Positions 9,601 to 18,214 of a DNA stretch of 64,000 nucleotides are shown in pieces. How positions within the stretch are numbered: position 1 is the stretch's first letter; each line of letters begins with the position of its first letter. Source of the DNA: a virus. The DNA is taken from IMG/VR virus record IMGVR_UViG_3300013093_000020; one strand, 5' to 3'. Below the pieces are notes generated by a model, which saw nothing but the letters and a program-made list of their open reading frames with translations, was not told where the DNA came from and searched no databases. The translations under genes and the position numbers were made by a program.

Positions 9601-12526
9601 TACTAATAGCAAAATTTGATGAAGTTACTGTTGACCCTACAACATAATAAGTCTGTCCGGCTGTGATAGCAGATTCAAAAGCTGTCAGTGTTACTGGAAG
9701 ATTGTTATTAGTTGTTACAAATTGTATAGGGCATCCGTCATACAGCCCAGTAGTCGAACTAACGGTGAATAATTGTGTTGCCGCTGTAGAAATTGTTGTA
9801 TATGTATTATAAATTATCTTAGGTTGTACAACAACTCCGCGCAACTCGTCGCCAACTAATGCACAGTTTTCTGGAACTACAATTGGTAAAGATTCAGTAT
9901 AAGTTCCTGTTTTAACATAAATTGTTGAACTGATGCCAGAATTAGGAGTTGGTAAGTTTGTAGTGCTTTGTGATGCTAATGAATTGTAAATTAAATTAAA
10001 CAAAATATCAACATAAGTGTTGCCTGCACCGTTTGGGGCTAGTGGATTTGCTAAAGTTGTTTGTGATTCTACACCATTTAATCCCACTACTTGATTAATT
10101 CTTGATCCAGCAGCTATACCGTTTAATGCTTGATAGTTGTTTGCAGGTGCAGATTGATTGAGTACATTATTAATCAAACTATACATGTAGTTTAATGCAA
10201 TTACAAAATTAGGCATGTCTGCCGCAACTATAGTGCTAATAAAGGAATTTACACTACCAAAAGCAAAATAACTTTGTGCAGCTGCTACTGTTTGACTATT
10301 TCCACCTCGTGTAATATCATAAACAATAGCATCAATAATATATTCTGCATCTCGGATTGTTTCTGAAGGACCAACTGAGCTTGTATACCAAGTTCCATTA
10401 GTAACACCATTTAAATTATTGTTTAAAGAATATACAAGATAATTGTACATCTCAGTCACAATCCATAATTTATTTTTTGTTAAAATATTAGCAGTGTTTG
10501 GATATAATGTACCATTTAAAACATAGTTACATGCATAAGCAATAGATGCAAACGGTTGATCCCAGGTAGTACCATTAGTTAAGCTATTATCAACACCATT
10601 AGGTGCAACATAAAACACATTCTTTGTTTGGTTAATAGTCGACCATGTTGGTAATAGCACACCGGTAGCGCCAATAGTTGATCGCAATAGTTGTCCGGTA
10701 GTTCCTATTGGTAAGGCTGTGTTAGTAGGCGTAGTTGTTGATATATTGTAAGTTATATTACCTACAGTATTCAATGCATTGTGGCGAGCATGTAACACAT
10801 AAGGAATCCAGTATTGATTTGTAGTATCTTGATCTGGACGAGATTGTTTTGGTGAAGCTTGTATACAACGATATGTTGCATTTTGCCAAATAACTAAATC
10901 ACCTAGTAGATAGGTTGTTGTTGAATTCCAGAAACTTGCCCAATATGCTCCAGGGACGATTAAATTCCATGATGTTGAGTTAACTCCATAGAAATTAATA
11001 GTTTGGCCGTTAGTAAGTGCAGAATCAGGTGCTGAGCTTAATACTACTGTAGGAGTTCCAAATGTTCCATTGCCGGCAACCGTACCAGTAGCTGGATAAG
11101 TTAATATAACTGTTGATCCACTAATGCTTGCGACTTGTGATAAGCCATTTATGCCTGCGCCAATAACGCCTTGATTTACTGCTATGCCAGATGTACTACC
11201 TACGGTAATAGCGTTAGTACCAAAAGATACTAGACCGCTAACAGCAGATACAGTGTTTGCACTTAATGTAATTGTATTTGTTGCAATATTTTGTATAGTG
11301 GTTCCGCCAGCAATACCAGATGCGCTGACATTCATGCCTACTACTAGTCCGGCATTTGATGTTACTGTAATAGTCGGTGATCCGCTAGTGCCTGTTGCTG
11401 TGACTGTTACTGCGGCTGATGCAACCGTAGTAGTTACGGAACTTGCTAAACTAGCACTAATAATACTCTGGCCGCTGGCAAATCCGGAACCTATGGCAAT
11501 CATACCAGGAACTAGGGTATAGATACTTGATACAATTACTGTAGAACCAGAACTACCTGTTGAATTATATGTAACTGCTGATGAATAATTATTGGGATCT
11601 TGTGATGTGCTGTTGGCAATAGCAACATACAGTTCACCGTTTCTACGAACTACATCACCAATTTGATAACTAGTACCGCCAGTCCAATCTCCTGATGCTA
11701 GATACCCTTGGTTGAATAATGCCCAATCAGTGGCATCAGTATTTGGAATGTTGTTAGTATTATTATTAGTTAAACAGATATAGTCATAACCGCCATATTG
11801 TACAACGTCACCAGGTTGATATGCAGTACCTGAATTCCAAGTACCTAGATATTCTTCGCCTGGTAAGAATAAACTAAAATTACCAGCGGCCATTACTGGA
11901 CCTGATGTGTGCGCGATTGTACAAATGTATAAGTTAGCATCAACTTTTACAACATCTTGTACTTTGTACCTAAAAGAAGCTAGCCATGGTCCTTTGTAAT
12001 CAATACCTTGATTTAGAATAGTCCATGAACTTTGGTTGGCTTCAAGGCCAAGTGTTGCGCTAGCGGCAGAAGTATGGTTAGTGTTACAGACATAAACAAT
12101 ACCGCCATACTTGACAGCATCGCCAACACCGTAATTAGTATTTGGTAACCATGCAGTGTGCCAATTGGTAAATGTAGCCAGTGTTGTAAATTTAGAAAGA
12201 TCAAGAGTTGTTGAGCTTGTGTGATTAGCAGTACACACATACACAGCACCGCCATAGGTAACAATATTTCCTAGACTATAATAGGTACTTGGTGACCATG
12301 CGTTAGTCCAAGTTTTACCATCAAGAATTAAATTCCAATAAGGAGTGCTAGCACCGGCACCGGTTACATGATATAAATCTTGATAAAAATCTCCGCTAGT
12401 ATGTGGTACTAGGCAAACATACATTTTACCTTGATATGTAATGACTGCGTCTCTGTTATATGTAGTAGTAGTGGCCCACTGACCTGTGTAGTTGAATCGT
12501 AAACTACTAATTCTAAATTCTGGCAT
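3665..12526 (-). CDS. Giant virion adhesin/tail-fibre protein, 2953 aa (CBM5/12-like repeats, beta-helix-like region, repeated beta modules, BNR/Asp-box-like propeller)
   Basis: N-terminal W...Y..GD.V.Y.G..Y.C repeats; FYVAPNGVD and TIYVKTGTYTE.LPI.VP...LVGDELR motifs typical of pectin-lyase-fold starts; repeated GxxxGTxYYV modules; W..VAYGNG.FVAV...YS.DG.TW repeats. Confidence 0.85.
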   Translation of the reverse strand: MPEFRISSLRFNYTGQWATTTTYNRDAVITYQGKMYVCLVPHTSGDFYQDLYHVTGAGASTPYWNLILDGKTWTNAWSPSTYYSLGNIVTYGGAVYVCTANHTSSTTLDLSKFTTLATFTNWHTAWLPNTNYGVGDAVKYGGIVYVCNTNHTSAASATLGLEANQSSWTILNQGIDYKGPWLASFRYKVQDVVKVDANLYICTIAHTSGPVMAAGNFSLFLPGEEYLGTWNSGTAYQPGDVVQYGGYDYICLTNNNTNNIPNTDATDWALFNQGYLASGDWTGGTSYQIGDVVRRNGELYVAIANSTSQDPNNYSSAVTYNSTGSSGSTVIVSSIYTLVPGMIAIGSGFASGQSIISASLASSVTTTVASAAVTVTATGTSGSPTITVTSNAGLVVGMNVSASGIAGGTTIQNIATNTITLSANTVSAVSGLVSFGTNAITVGSTSGIAVNQGVIGAGINGLSQVASISGSTVILTYPATGTVAGNGTFGTPTVVLSSAPDSALTNGQTINFYGVNSTSWNLIVPGAYWASFWNSTTTYLLGDLVIWQNATYRCIQASPKQSRPDQDTTNQYWIPYVLHARHNALNTVGNITYNISTTTPTNTALPIGTTGQLLRSTIGATGVLLPTWSTINQTKNVFYVAPNGVDNSLTNGTTWDQPFASIAYACNYVLNGTLYPNTANILTKNKLWIVTEMYNYLVYSLNNNLNGVTNGTWYTSSVGPSETIRDAEYIIDAIVYDITRGGNSQTVAAAQSYFAFGSVNSFISTIVAADMPNFVIALNYMYSLINNVLNQSAPANNYQALNGIAAGSRINQVVGLNGVESQTTLANPLAPNGAGNTYVDILFNLIYNSLASQSTTNLPTPNSGISSTIYVKTGTYTESLPIVVPENCALVGDELRGVVVQPKIIYNTYTTISTAATQLFTVSSTTGLYDGCPIQFVTTNNNLPVTLTAFESAITAGQTYYVVGSTVTSSNFAISSSSTPAITVTGALGSTITVTSSAGLTVGAPIAFNTGFGNIIPGAVYYILTTATGAITVSTTPNGLAYAVGSVSNLSQTQGSLVTGSVLITLSGGNGLMQAIGGHAIVDMFRMRNGSGLRNMSLVGKLGTLTAQNQYATQRPTGNAYVALDPGTGPSDTTAWIFRRSPYVQNVTTFGVGSVGCKIDGTLHNGGNKSIVSNDFTQVISDGIGIWCYGPGALTECVSVFSYYAYTSYFAEAGGKIRATNGNSSYGTFGLVAEGYDTTETPISATVNNQYGPATVIPAFTYPSAGSYGLMKYTYTNAGQNYVSAVTNLLQYSNNFQNGAWINDGNITFTENTVSPDSLADAWTFISATGGTDTSYLYQNVSVTPQGTSFTNVAGSNISGSGAGALFNITINATSYSVTVASGGSGYVVGNQIKIYGSQLGGVNVTNDLTITVTNLTGSAISTPSGISSAGTVPAGSNQPYILSLHVKQGTASAIDLYAFFTGTSTRASAVTFNFSTATLIPSSQDGSGLLPTQYGVNTLQNGWYRIWFSVYDTTAQNTNLQYRIYPRTRFGTIGNTYVYGAQLERSASLGFYLTNTSGLYTAYADYIINSSGTGVQTVGDEIRSNSVFQTRMIDNGNGVGGLGYLTASNNAQGGSSSTGYITLAQSDVNSATNYIGMRIFINSGTGVGQYGFISSYNASNKYTTVLKESFAPVLINASSSATNAFSLDPSADVNTLYVNQPIQFVPNYYNSIVTQTSQATVTVTATTGGQINTIYTSGTSVLSTGMAITFSNAFTYTTSATQTSAAGNLVTLSNTAGITIGMPIVFNGTAFGNIVAGNTYYVLSIPTPGVGGTITIGQYVGGATLALTNGSGILTVTAGGIFGGLVSGYTYYISNILDNNTIQVSATQSGSILSLYTAVGNMSLNYPSNTGYMVGSTTNMSPNMPIQFTGNTLGGVVAGTLYYVNNVISSTQFTISTALVTTTATATATSVVINTVTYPNVITVTATTNLVPCNPIVFSGTTFGSVVAGTTYYIANIPDTYHIQLATSLINTTATSTAAITNLITVTSTTGFIAGNPIFFTGNSFGGLVSETQYYILAINNATTFTISNTVGGSAVALSTATGYMTIRTAPTTFTLTAVGSGSMTLTSTTAKKSLTSGYGSMSTLFQTPLFGGVTQGTTYYVLAINAGSTNTFTITATSNGVSAVTLASSTGSMQMGQVGWDHVIAGTPPVSVFDTSTIYYIEPRLTYSQPAFTQTYLTLPSQSAGAGYTAIAYGANYFIAVPAGGSTIIGSSDGNNWSSITIPFSAAWTGVAYGQGTWVIISTGGTSIPGSFVISSNSSGQSWKTAYLPSISTWTNIVYGNGTFVAIASGTSNVAYSTSYGSTWSSGSGLPNTTWTGLAYGANKWVAVASGGTQSAYSINNGASWTSGTLPVSTAWSSVAYGNGRFVAVSSTSATPAYSFDGITWYTSTYSITATSITYGQGVFTAVNSGNATCYTSEDGNFWKIRTGVAITSAATAFGFTGTAYVTGYNIGVAGSGYLTAPTLTFSGGGATVQATATCTILNGGIAAVTIITPGSGYTSTPTITVSAPPSGGTTAVVTAVMNTVPYTGIFVTVGGTGGVNSGSITSAGAQTKGRPNISAGTMATVYEFEPGSGYTSTPTLSIFDPNNTSTAPYALRTANGVLATPTFVSNGAGYTVSGTSIAVNGSGSADQYQNNYNLYINNLSNLPRPGDDLVISNNSTIYKVTSATGLYGTTAPNFTALLTISPSMSTLLAPSTGTALIIREKYSQVRATNHDFLNIGYGDQYQSNYPGVPVPGTTLLSPQNQTIENNYGRVFYTSTDQDGNFKVGNLFGVQQATGTVTISASQFGLQGLNQLTLGGISVGGSSVIITQFSTDGTFVANSDNILSTQKAVKTYLAARLSQGGSNTFTGNTTAGTVTIGGPNIIGSTVVAGTPGSSVKIPVTVHMQGPYAGVDGGMMAQAFFIKNFAHR

Positions 12527-12549
12527 GGTTATTTCCTATGGTGTTAGTG

Positions 12550-12556
12550 TACTTAT
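12550..12556 (-). promoter_or_regulatory. Variant late promoter (ATAAGTA)
   Basis: Same position relative to the start (12526) as the other ATAAATA boxes, with one mismatch. Confidence 0.45.
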
Positions 12557-12562
12557 GCTATT

Positions 12563-12934
12563 TTAGCTGTATGAAGGATAGTTTGCGTAGGTTGAATTAA
12601 TTCTGGCAACAAGACTACCTGCAGCATTAATGTAATAGTACATGTTACGATTGTCCCAACGATATTGATCAAAGAATAAATTTGGATAAGGGCGACTGTG
12701 ATCTGTAGCTAGTCGACCATCAAAGTAGTCCACGCCCCACTCAAAATCTTCAAAGTTATTTGCAGCAGTACCTGTAATATTAACAGTGATTGTTTCTGTT
12801 GATGTTAAATTGTCAACACGAGTAAAATACAATTTACCGTCATCAGTTCTGCGTAGCCCGTAAAAATAACGAGGAACCCCTGCCCCTAAAACTTGATCTT
12901 GGTTTAATTCGCCTGCATAAAATGGTGATGCCAT
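12563..12934 (-). CDS. Hypothetical virion protein, 123 aa
   Basis: ORF with AAGGA SD inside the structural operon. Confidence 0.75.
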   Translation of the reverse strand: MASPFYAGELNQDQVLGAGVPRYFYGLRRTDDGKLYFTRVDNLTSTETITVNITGTAANNFEDFEWGVDYFDGRLATDHSRPYPNLFFDQYRWDNRNMYYYINAAGSLVARINSTYANYPSYS

Positions 12935-12944
12935 GATTTATTCC

Positions 12945-13541
12945 TTATTGAATGATGACATAGCTTGCAACTATATCTAATGTATTTGTAACATTGGCGC
13001 TAGCTGTGACAGTCATATTGGGACCTAAGACCAGTCTTTCCCCGCCGTTGATTAACTTGGCTGTTTGATTAGCTGGAATAGGAATTTGATAAGCATAGTT
13101 GGCTGTGTTATTATTGTTATTTCCATCAACTATTTGGATGGTTACAAATGCCAGTTGCGAACTTGTATTAGCAATACTTAGGCCAACTACAGTGACTCGA
13201 GCATTTGATGCACTAGCAACTATCGGAGTTGGTCCGCCTGCCACAACATTTAGACTGCTACCTGACTGTGTGGTTAGGACAAAAGCAGATCCACCGCTGG
13301 TTGCGCTGATAGTTATTTGAGCAGTGTTTACTATTGATGCAATGAAATATGTTGTTCCTGCAACAATATTACTACCGCTAAGACCATTTCCGCTAAACAC
13401 AATTGGCATGTTTACATACATGCCTGCGGTGCTTGATACTGTGACAATATTGCCCACTGATAATGTGGCTGTAGCTACTGTGCTAACTGTGGTTGTTGTG
13501 CTTATATTTGAAAATAAAGCGTTGCTAAAAGTTGTTGACAT
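12945..13541 (-). CDS. Virion structural protein, 198 aa, with an inserted beta module
   Basis: Contains the GMYVNMPIVFSG...IVAGTTYFI module also seen in the giant fibres; C-terminus resembles 16621..16968. Confidence 0.7.
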   Translation of the reverse strand: MSTTFSNALFSNISTTTTVSTVATATLSVGNIVTVSSTAGMYVNMPIVFSGNGLSGSNIVAGTTYFIASIVNTAQITISATSGGSAFVLTTQSGSSLNVVAGGPTPIVASASNARVTVVGLSIANTSSQLAFVTIQIVDGNNNNNTANYAYQIPIPANQTAKLINGGERLVLGPNMTVTASANVTNTLDIVASYVIIQ

Positions 13542-13547
13542 TATAAA

Positions 13548-14591
13548 TTATCCTAACATTAAGGCGGCTTGCACGCCAAGATCTTGTCCTACAGCAGCAG
13601 TAACCCCTGTGAGCAAACCTGCTATGTTAATCCATTGGGTACCATTCCAAACTTCAACTAATTGCTGTGTTGTATTGAAACGAGTCATACCAGTTTCATA
13701 TGCAGTGGGTCTTTGCTGGTCAGTTCCATTGGGTAACACTACACCGTTAGTACCGGCTATTTTTACATAACCAGAGCCACTTTCTGCAAAAGTTGAAATT
13801 GAGTTGGGTACTACGTTAATTATCTGATTATTAAGGAATTCAAAATTTCCTAATTGGACGCCACCAGTTCCGCTAGTATTGAAAACGATATTTGTATTTG
13901 TCTGCGTACTGCTGATAGTGTTTCCGCTGATATCTAATCCGCTGGTTTGAAAATCTGTGGTATTTACTGTGGTAGCATTTAGGGTTGTGATAGAAGCTGT
14001 TGCTGTGTAGATATTTTTCCAGCGTAAACTTGCACTGCCTAAATTATATGTTATATCTGTGTTAGGTACTATATTGCTGTTAACTTCACCGTCAAATGTC
14101 ACAGTATCAGTATTGGCATTACCTAGCGTAATATTGCCATCTGCGGTGATATTGCCGGTGGCATGCAGATTGCCGTTAACTAGAGTGTTAGAATTTACAA
14201 CGACTTGACCTGTTCCCGACGGGCTCAACTGTATATTTGTATTTGATCCTGTACTACTAACAGTATTTGAATTTAGGCTTAAACTACCAACATTGAGTGT
14301 GCCTTGATATACAACTCCGCCGCTGGCAGGAGTTAGGTTTATTGTAGTATTTGAACTGCTGATTGTGTTACCAGATATGGTAAAACTAGCTAAGGTAGCA
14401 GTGCCGGCTGTTAAATTTGTGGTGTTTGTTGTACCGTTTACATCTAGGTCGTAAGCAGGAGTGGCGGTGTTCACGCCCACACGCAGATTATTAACATCCA
14501 GATATAATAAGCTCGTCTCAAAAGCCAGATTCACGCCTTGGCGAACCAAGTTGGCTTTTAAGAGCGGGCCTGTAATTCGACCGACAGCCAT
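13548..14591 (-). CDS. Virion fibre-like structural protein, 347 aa (paralog of 14750..15838)
   Basis: GRITGPLLKANL..LAFETSLLYL start; NGNLHATGNITADG beta repeats; C-terminal GT..QRP...G..RFNT motif. Confidence 0.75.
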   Translation of the reverse strand: MAVGRITGPLLKANLVRQGVNLAFETSLLYLDVNNLRVGVNTATPAYDLDVNGTTNTTNLTAGTATLASFTISGNTISSSNTTINLTPASGGVVYQGTLNVGSLSLNSNTVSSTGSNTNIQLSPSGTGQVVVNSNTLVNGNLHATGNITADGNITLGNANTDTVTFDGEVNSNIVPNTDITYNLGSASLRWKNIYTATASITTLNATTVNTTDFQTSGLDISGNTISSTQTNTNIVFNTSGTGGVQLGNFEFLNNQIINVVPNSISTFAESGSGYVKIAGTNGVVLPNGTDQQRPTAYETGMTRFNTTQQLVEVWNGTQWINIAGLLTGVTAAVGQDLGVQAALMLG

Positions 14592-14719
14592 CTGCTCTCC
14601 TTGACCCCGCGTTTCACGGTTAACCTAGTTTGGATTTCTCCGCATCCCTCTCGGGCTCTTTGTCGGTTTACCACAGTTTAGTATCGGGGGCTTAAAACGG
14701 TCTAGCCCCTCAGTAATAC
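14592..14719 (-). ncRNA. Candidate structured 5' leader RNA
   Basis: GC-rich intergenic sequence between a CTAAATA box and a GGAG SD. Stems GGGGCU/AGCCCC, CCC-GAGA-GGG, CCGUG-AAA-CGCGG and GGUAAACC/GGUUAACC. Confidence 0.45.
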
Positions 14720-14726
14720 TATTTAG
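14720..14726 (-). promoter_or_regulatory. Late promoter (CTAAATA)
   Basis: TAAATA box in the intergenic region upstream of 14591. Confidence 0.55.
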
Positions 14727-14749
14727 CGTATTTGAGTTTTTGGGCTTGA

Positions 14750-15838
14750 TTAGAGGTTAAAAATAAGGGCCCAATCTGAAATGACATCGTCAAATTGAGA
14801 TGTGGTTAACGGAGGGTTAGCTCCTTCGACGGCAATCCATGAGTTACTATCTGTGCTATAAATTTCTGCAATACCAGTTTCTGTATTGTATCTGAATGTA
14901 CCGTTTTCTGGATTTGCAGGTCGTTGTCCGGTATTCCCCAACGGTATAACAACTCCATAGGTTCCGGCGAATTTTACATATCCATAACCAGTATTAGATA
15001 AAGTGAGAGCAGTATTGGTATAATTCTGTATGGCATTGCCTACTATCCAATTTACTCCGTTAAAACTAACATTGGCAAATCCATTAGGGGTTAAATTAAT
15101 AGGTTGACCAGGACTAGTGTTAGTAATAGTATTGCCGTTAAACTGTATATTACCAGCATTTAGAGTAGCACTAGATAAATTTGTACTATTAAATGTTGTT
15201 GGATTTAATGTTTGAGTATAAGCATTGTTCCATCGTAGACTAGGACTACCTAGCGTAAACAAGTTATCACTGCTAGGTAAAATATCACTGTTTAATTCTG
15301 CTTGAAAATTAACAGTATTGCCTGTACTGCTTCCTAAAGTAACATTGCCATCCCAAGTTATATTTCCTGTAGCATGCAGATCGCCATTGATCAATGTGTC
15401 AGAATTTATGACAACTTGTCCTAGACCGGAAGGTGATAAATTTATGTCTGTGTTTGATGTAGTTGCAGAAATACTATTGTTGTTTACTAGTAAATTAGCA
15501 GTGGTAACACCTTCTGTTCCTAATAGACCTACAACATTTATTGTAGGATTATTAGATTGGTTAGGATGAAATGTTATGGATCCTGAGAGATTTTGGATGT
15601 AGTTAGTACTAATACTAAACCCACTACTGATATTAGTGAATTGAGGGACCTGCAAAGTCGTAGTATTGGTAGTACCGTTGACTGTTAAATCACTAACAGT
15701 GGAATTAGTTTTTATACCTATCTGCTGCCCGTTTACTGCTAGGTATAATAAACTTGTTTCAAAAGCTAGGTCAGTGCCATGGCGATATAAATTATTCGCA
15801 AGTAGCGGGCCGCTTATTCTGCCTAGTTCGGCTCCCAT
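14750..15838 (-). CDS. Virion fibre-like structural protein, 362 aa (paralog of 13548..14591)
   Basis: GRISGPLLANNL..LAFETSLLYL; INGDLHATGNITWDG; GNTGQRP...GTFRYNT. Confidence 0.75.
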   Translation of the reverse strand: MGAELGRISGPLLANNLYRHGTDLAFETSLLYLAVNGQQIGIKTNSTVSDLTVNGTTNTTTLQVPQFTNISSGFSISTNYIQNLSGSITFHPNQSNNPTINVVGLLGTEGVTTANLLVNNNSISATTSNTDINLSPSGLGQVVINSDTLINGDLHATGNITWDGNVTLGSSTGNTVNFQAELNSDILPSSDNLFTLGSPSLRWNNAYTQTLNPTTFNSTNLSSATLNAGNIQFNGNTITNTSPGQPINLTPNGFANVSFNGVNWIVGNAIQNYTNTALTLSNTGYGYVKFAGTYGVVIPLGNTGQRPANPENGTFRYNTETGIAEIYSTDSNSWIAVEGANPPLTTSQFDDVISDWALIFNL

Positions 15839-15848
15839 GGGCTAGTCC

Positions 15849-16619
15849 TTATTGATCAAATCCGATCAATACCGTCACTGGCGAACCAATAACACCTGAG
15901 TAGTATGGATCTGATGTAAAGTTTAGATAGTATCCTGATGCAGCTGTGAATGTCAGTGTAGTACCACTGGCAATATTTCCGCCGCTGATTGCTTTGCTAA
16001 GAGTAATACTGGTAGCACTTGTCACTGTTGCTACAGTACCTGTTTGAAGGTATGCACTGCCTGTTACAATGCTACCTTGTGGTATAGTAGCTGTGCTCGA
16101 CACTGTGATGGTTGTTGTGCCATTGTTAGCCTGTGCCGTTGTGGCCTTTGTGGCAACAGGATTTTGTGTAATTACATAGTTAGTGTTAAAAATTTGAAAC
16201 ACATTACCAATTAATACTATTAAATTTTGTCCGCCCCACGACACATTGATACTATATTGACCGGTTTGACTTCCTGATCCTGTTTGAACAACTGTGGGAG
16301 GTGCAGGATTCAACGGACCATAAAAATAGGTATATCCATCGATGTTACCAAGACTTTGCTGTGTAATACCTGTTGATTCTTTATAGCGAATAGCTCGCCA
16401 TGTAGCTGATCCACCTGTGCCCTGATAAACTTCAACTTCATGAGTTGTAGTATTGTAGCGCATCATACCTTCTGTTTGACTAGAAGTTAGTGAGTCATTG
16501 CTTTTTGGTAACACTAAGTTATCTATTGAATCTAGTTTAAAACTATTTCCAGTAGTGACACTCGCACGAGGATCATAGATTGCTCTGCGATTAAGTGTTA
16601 GTGTTTTTAAAAATCTCAT
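15849..16619 (-). CDS. Virion structural protein, 256 aa
   Basis: EGMMRYNTTTHEVEVY motif shared with the neighbouring fibre-like proteins; Thr/Ser/Gly-rich. Confidence 0.7.
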   Translation of the reverse strand: MRFLKTLTLNRRAIYDPRASVTTGNSFKLDSIDNLVLPKSNDSLTSSQTEGMMRYNTTTHEVEVYQGTGGSATWRAIRYKESTGITQQSLGNIDGYTYFYGPLNPAPPTVVQTGSGSQTGQYSINVSWGGQNLIVLIGNVFQIFNTNYVITQNPVATKATTAQANNGTTTITVSSTATIPQGSIVTGSAYLQTGTVATVTSATSITLSKAISGGNIASGTTLTFTAASGYYLNFTSDPYYSGVIGSPVTVLIGFDQ

Positions 16620-16620
16620 G

Positions 16621-16968
16621 TTAGACTGCCAATGTACTTAATACTACGCTAACACCAGTACCCGAATACGCAGAACTTGCTATCCCGCAGATAACGTCAT
16701 TATTACCCAGTACAAATTTTTCTTGATCAAAACTAACTGTTTCACCCGCAGGTATTGCCAATGCGCTGACTATAGTACATTCTGGATTTACATAGGCACT
16801 TTTTGTATTTGGTACAGCATATAATGTAAGATTAATAGAACTTCCGCTATTGTTACAAGCTATCATAGTTGTTATAGCGTTATTACCAGAACTAGTATAG
16901 ATAGTTGTTCCATTAGGTGTGCCGCTACTTACTGCTGTGGCTGTTATTGGTATAGCTGTCAATGCCAT
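16621..16968 (-). CDS. Small virion structural protein, 115 aa
   Basis: IPAGETVSFDQEKFVLGNND motif resembles the C-terminus of 12945..13541; AAGGA SD. Confidence 0.7.
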   Translation of the reverse strand: MALTAIPITATAVSSGTPNGTTIYTSSGNNAITTMIACNNSGSSINLTLYAVPNTKSAYVNPECTIVSALAIPAGETVSFDQEKFVLGNNDVICGIASSAYSGTGVSVVLSTLAV

Positions 16969-16978
16969 GTCTTGTTCC

Positions 16979-18175
16979 TTATAATAAAATACTTAGCAAC
17001 ACAGCTCGGTTCTTAGACACAAGTTCGTCTGATGTTGTGGTATTTGTAAAAAATATTCCAGATTTTCCAGGACCTGCACTAGTTGACTTGCTGTAAATTT
17101 TTGTCAGGCCTGTAGTAGTTGTTGGACTTGTTGTGGTATCATCAATATTCAAAACTCCATTAACTTCTACATTACCGCTAGCACTAACTAACAATAAATT
17201 GCTAGTGACTGTAGCATTTATGTATCCTGAATTGCTAGTGACTGTGAGATTCGTTCCGCCCGGACTAGTGCTGATTGTAATATTAACTCCGGATACAGAA
17301 GTTATATAATATACAGTACCTGCTGTAATTCCGCCGTATGGGCTACCTGAAAATACTATTTGAGCTCCTACTGCTAGTCCAGTGGCAGCGCTCATTGTGA
17401 TTAAATTAGGCGCTGTTGTCTGTGTCATCTGCACAGAATAAGTAGCTGTGCCCGTCGACAATGTATTGTTGTATACATTTAGATTATCAACTGTAACACC
17501 TGTAGCATTAGCTGTTAGTCTTACAGCTCCATTAACTGTTAAATCTATATGATCACTCCATGCACGACCAATTGAATTGATTGTAACATTGTTGTCGGGA
17601 GTATAATAGAATCTATCCACTTGTGCATTACCTTGATAGGCAGAAACATAGTGCTGCACCCAGTCTTTGCTAACTAATGCATTTAAATTTTGATTGAAAG
17701 TATAGTTTATACTTGATGCGTAGCTATTTTGATTTACAACACGAACTAAATTAGTTGTATTATTAAGGCTGATTAAAAAGTCATAACCCGTAGCAACACC
17801 ATAATTGGCTGCTGTTACTCCGGCAAATCCTCCACCGGCCAATGTGGCTTGCCACGAACCATAAGTATTTGTCTGTGTCTGCGGATTGTAAAATGGAATA
17901 CTTTCATTAAACAACCACTGAGCTGCAGGAGTACTTGGTCCTCGCTCTACTTCGATACCTGCTGTGCCTAATGAAATGCCATTGCCGAGCTCTCCATAAT
18001 TCAATTGAATGATGTTATCTTTAATAGTGGTATTAGAAGATTCAATGGTAGTCATCGTACCCTTGACATCTATATTACCATTAACGATAACATTGCCTGT
18101 GCCTGGGTTAAGCGAAATCGTACCGTTAGTTGAAATAACAGTATAGTTACCTTGTATCTTGACTACTCTTGACAT
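16979..18175 (-). CDS. Virion fibre-like structural protein, 398 aa
   Basis: GNIDVKGTMTTIES...IKDNIIQLN...AGIEVERG motif common in phage fibres; internal GxxAGTVYYI module. Confidence 0.7.
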   Translation of the reverse strand: MSRVVKIQGNYTVISTNGTISLNPGTGNVIVNGNIDVKGTMTTIESSNTTIKDNIIQLNYGELGNGISLGTAGIEVERGPSTPAAQWLFNESIPFYNPQTQTNTYGSWQATLAGGGFAGVTAANYGVATGYDFLISLNNTTNLVRVVNQNSYASSINYTFNQNLNALVSKDWVQHYVSAYQGNAQVDRFYYTPDNNVTINSIGRAWSDHIDLTVNGAVRLTANATGVTVDNLNVYNNTLSTGTATYSVQMTQTTAPNLITMSAATGLAVGAQIVFSGSPYGGITAGTVYYITSVSGVNITISTSPGGTNLTVTSNSGYINATVTSNLLLVSASGNVEVNGVLNIDDTTTSPTTTTGLTKIYSKSTSAGPGKSGIFFTNTTTSDELVSKNRAVLLSILL

Positions 18176-18185
18176 AGCGTTCCTT

Positions 18186-18214
18186 AGGAGGGGGTCGTAG
18201 CCCCCTATTTCCTA
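18186..18214 (-). other. GC-rich intergenic hairpin abutting the SD of 18175
   Basis: AGGGGG-CUACGA-CCCCCU with flanking UAGG/CCUA. There is no U-tract, so it may be a stabiliser or processing site. Confidence 0.45.

Noticed and set aside
14620-14680. c-di-GMP-I (GEMM) riboswitch resemblance (GGUAAACC...GGGAUGC)
   Set aside because: The GNRA-capped P2 and the GCAAA/receptor arrangement do not match; kept only as an unclassified structured leader
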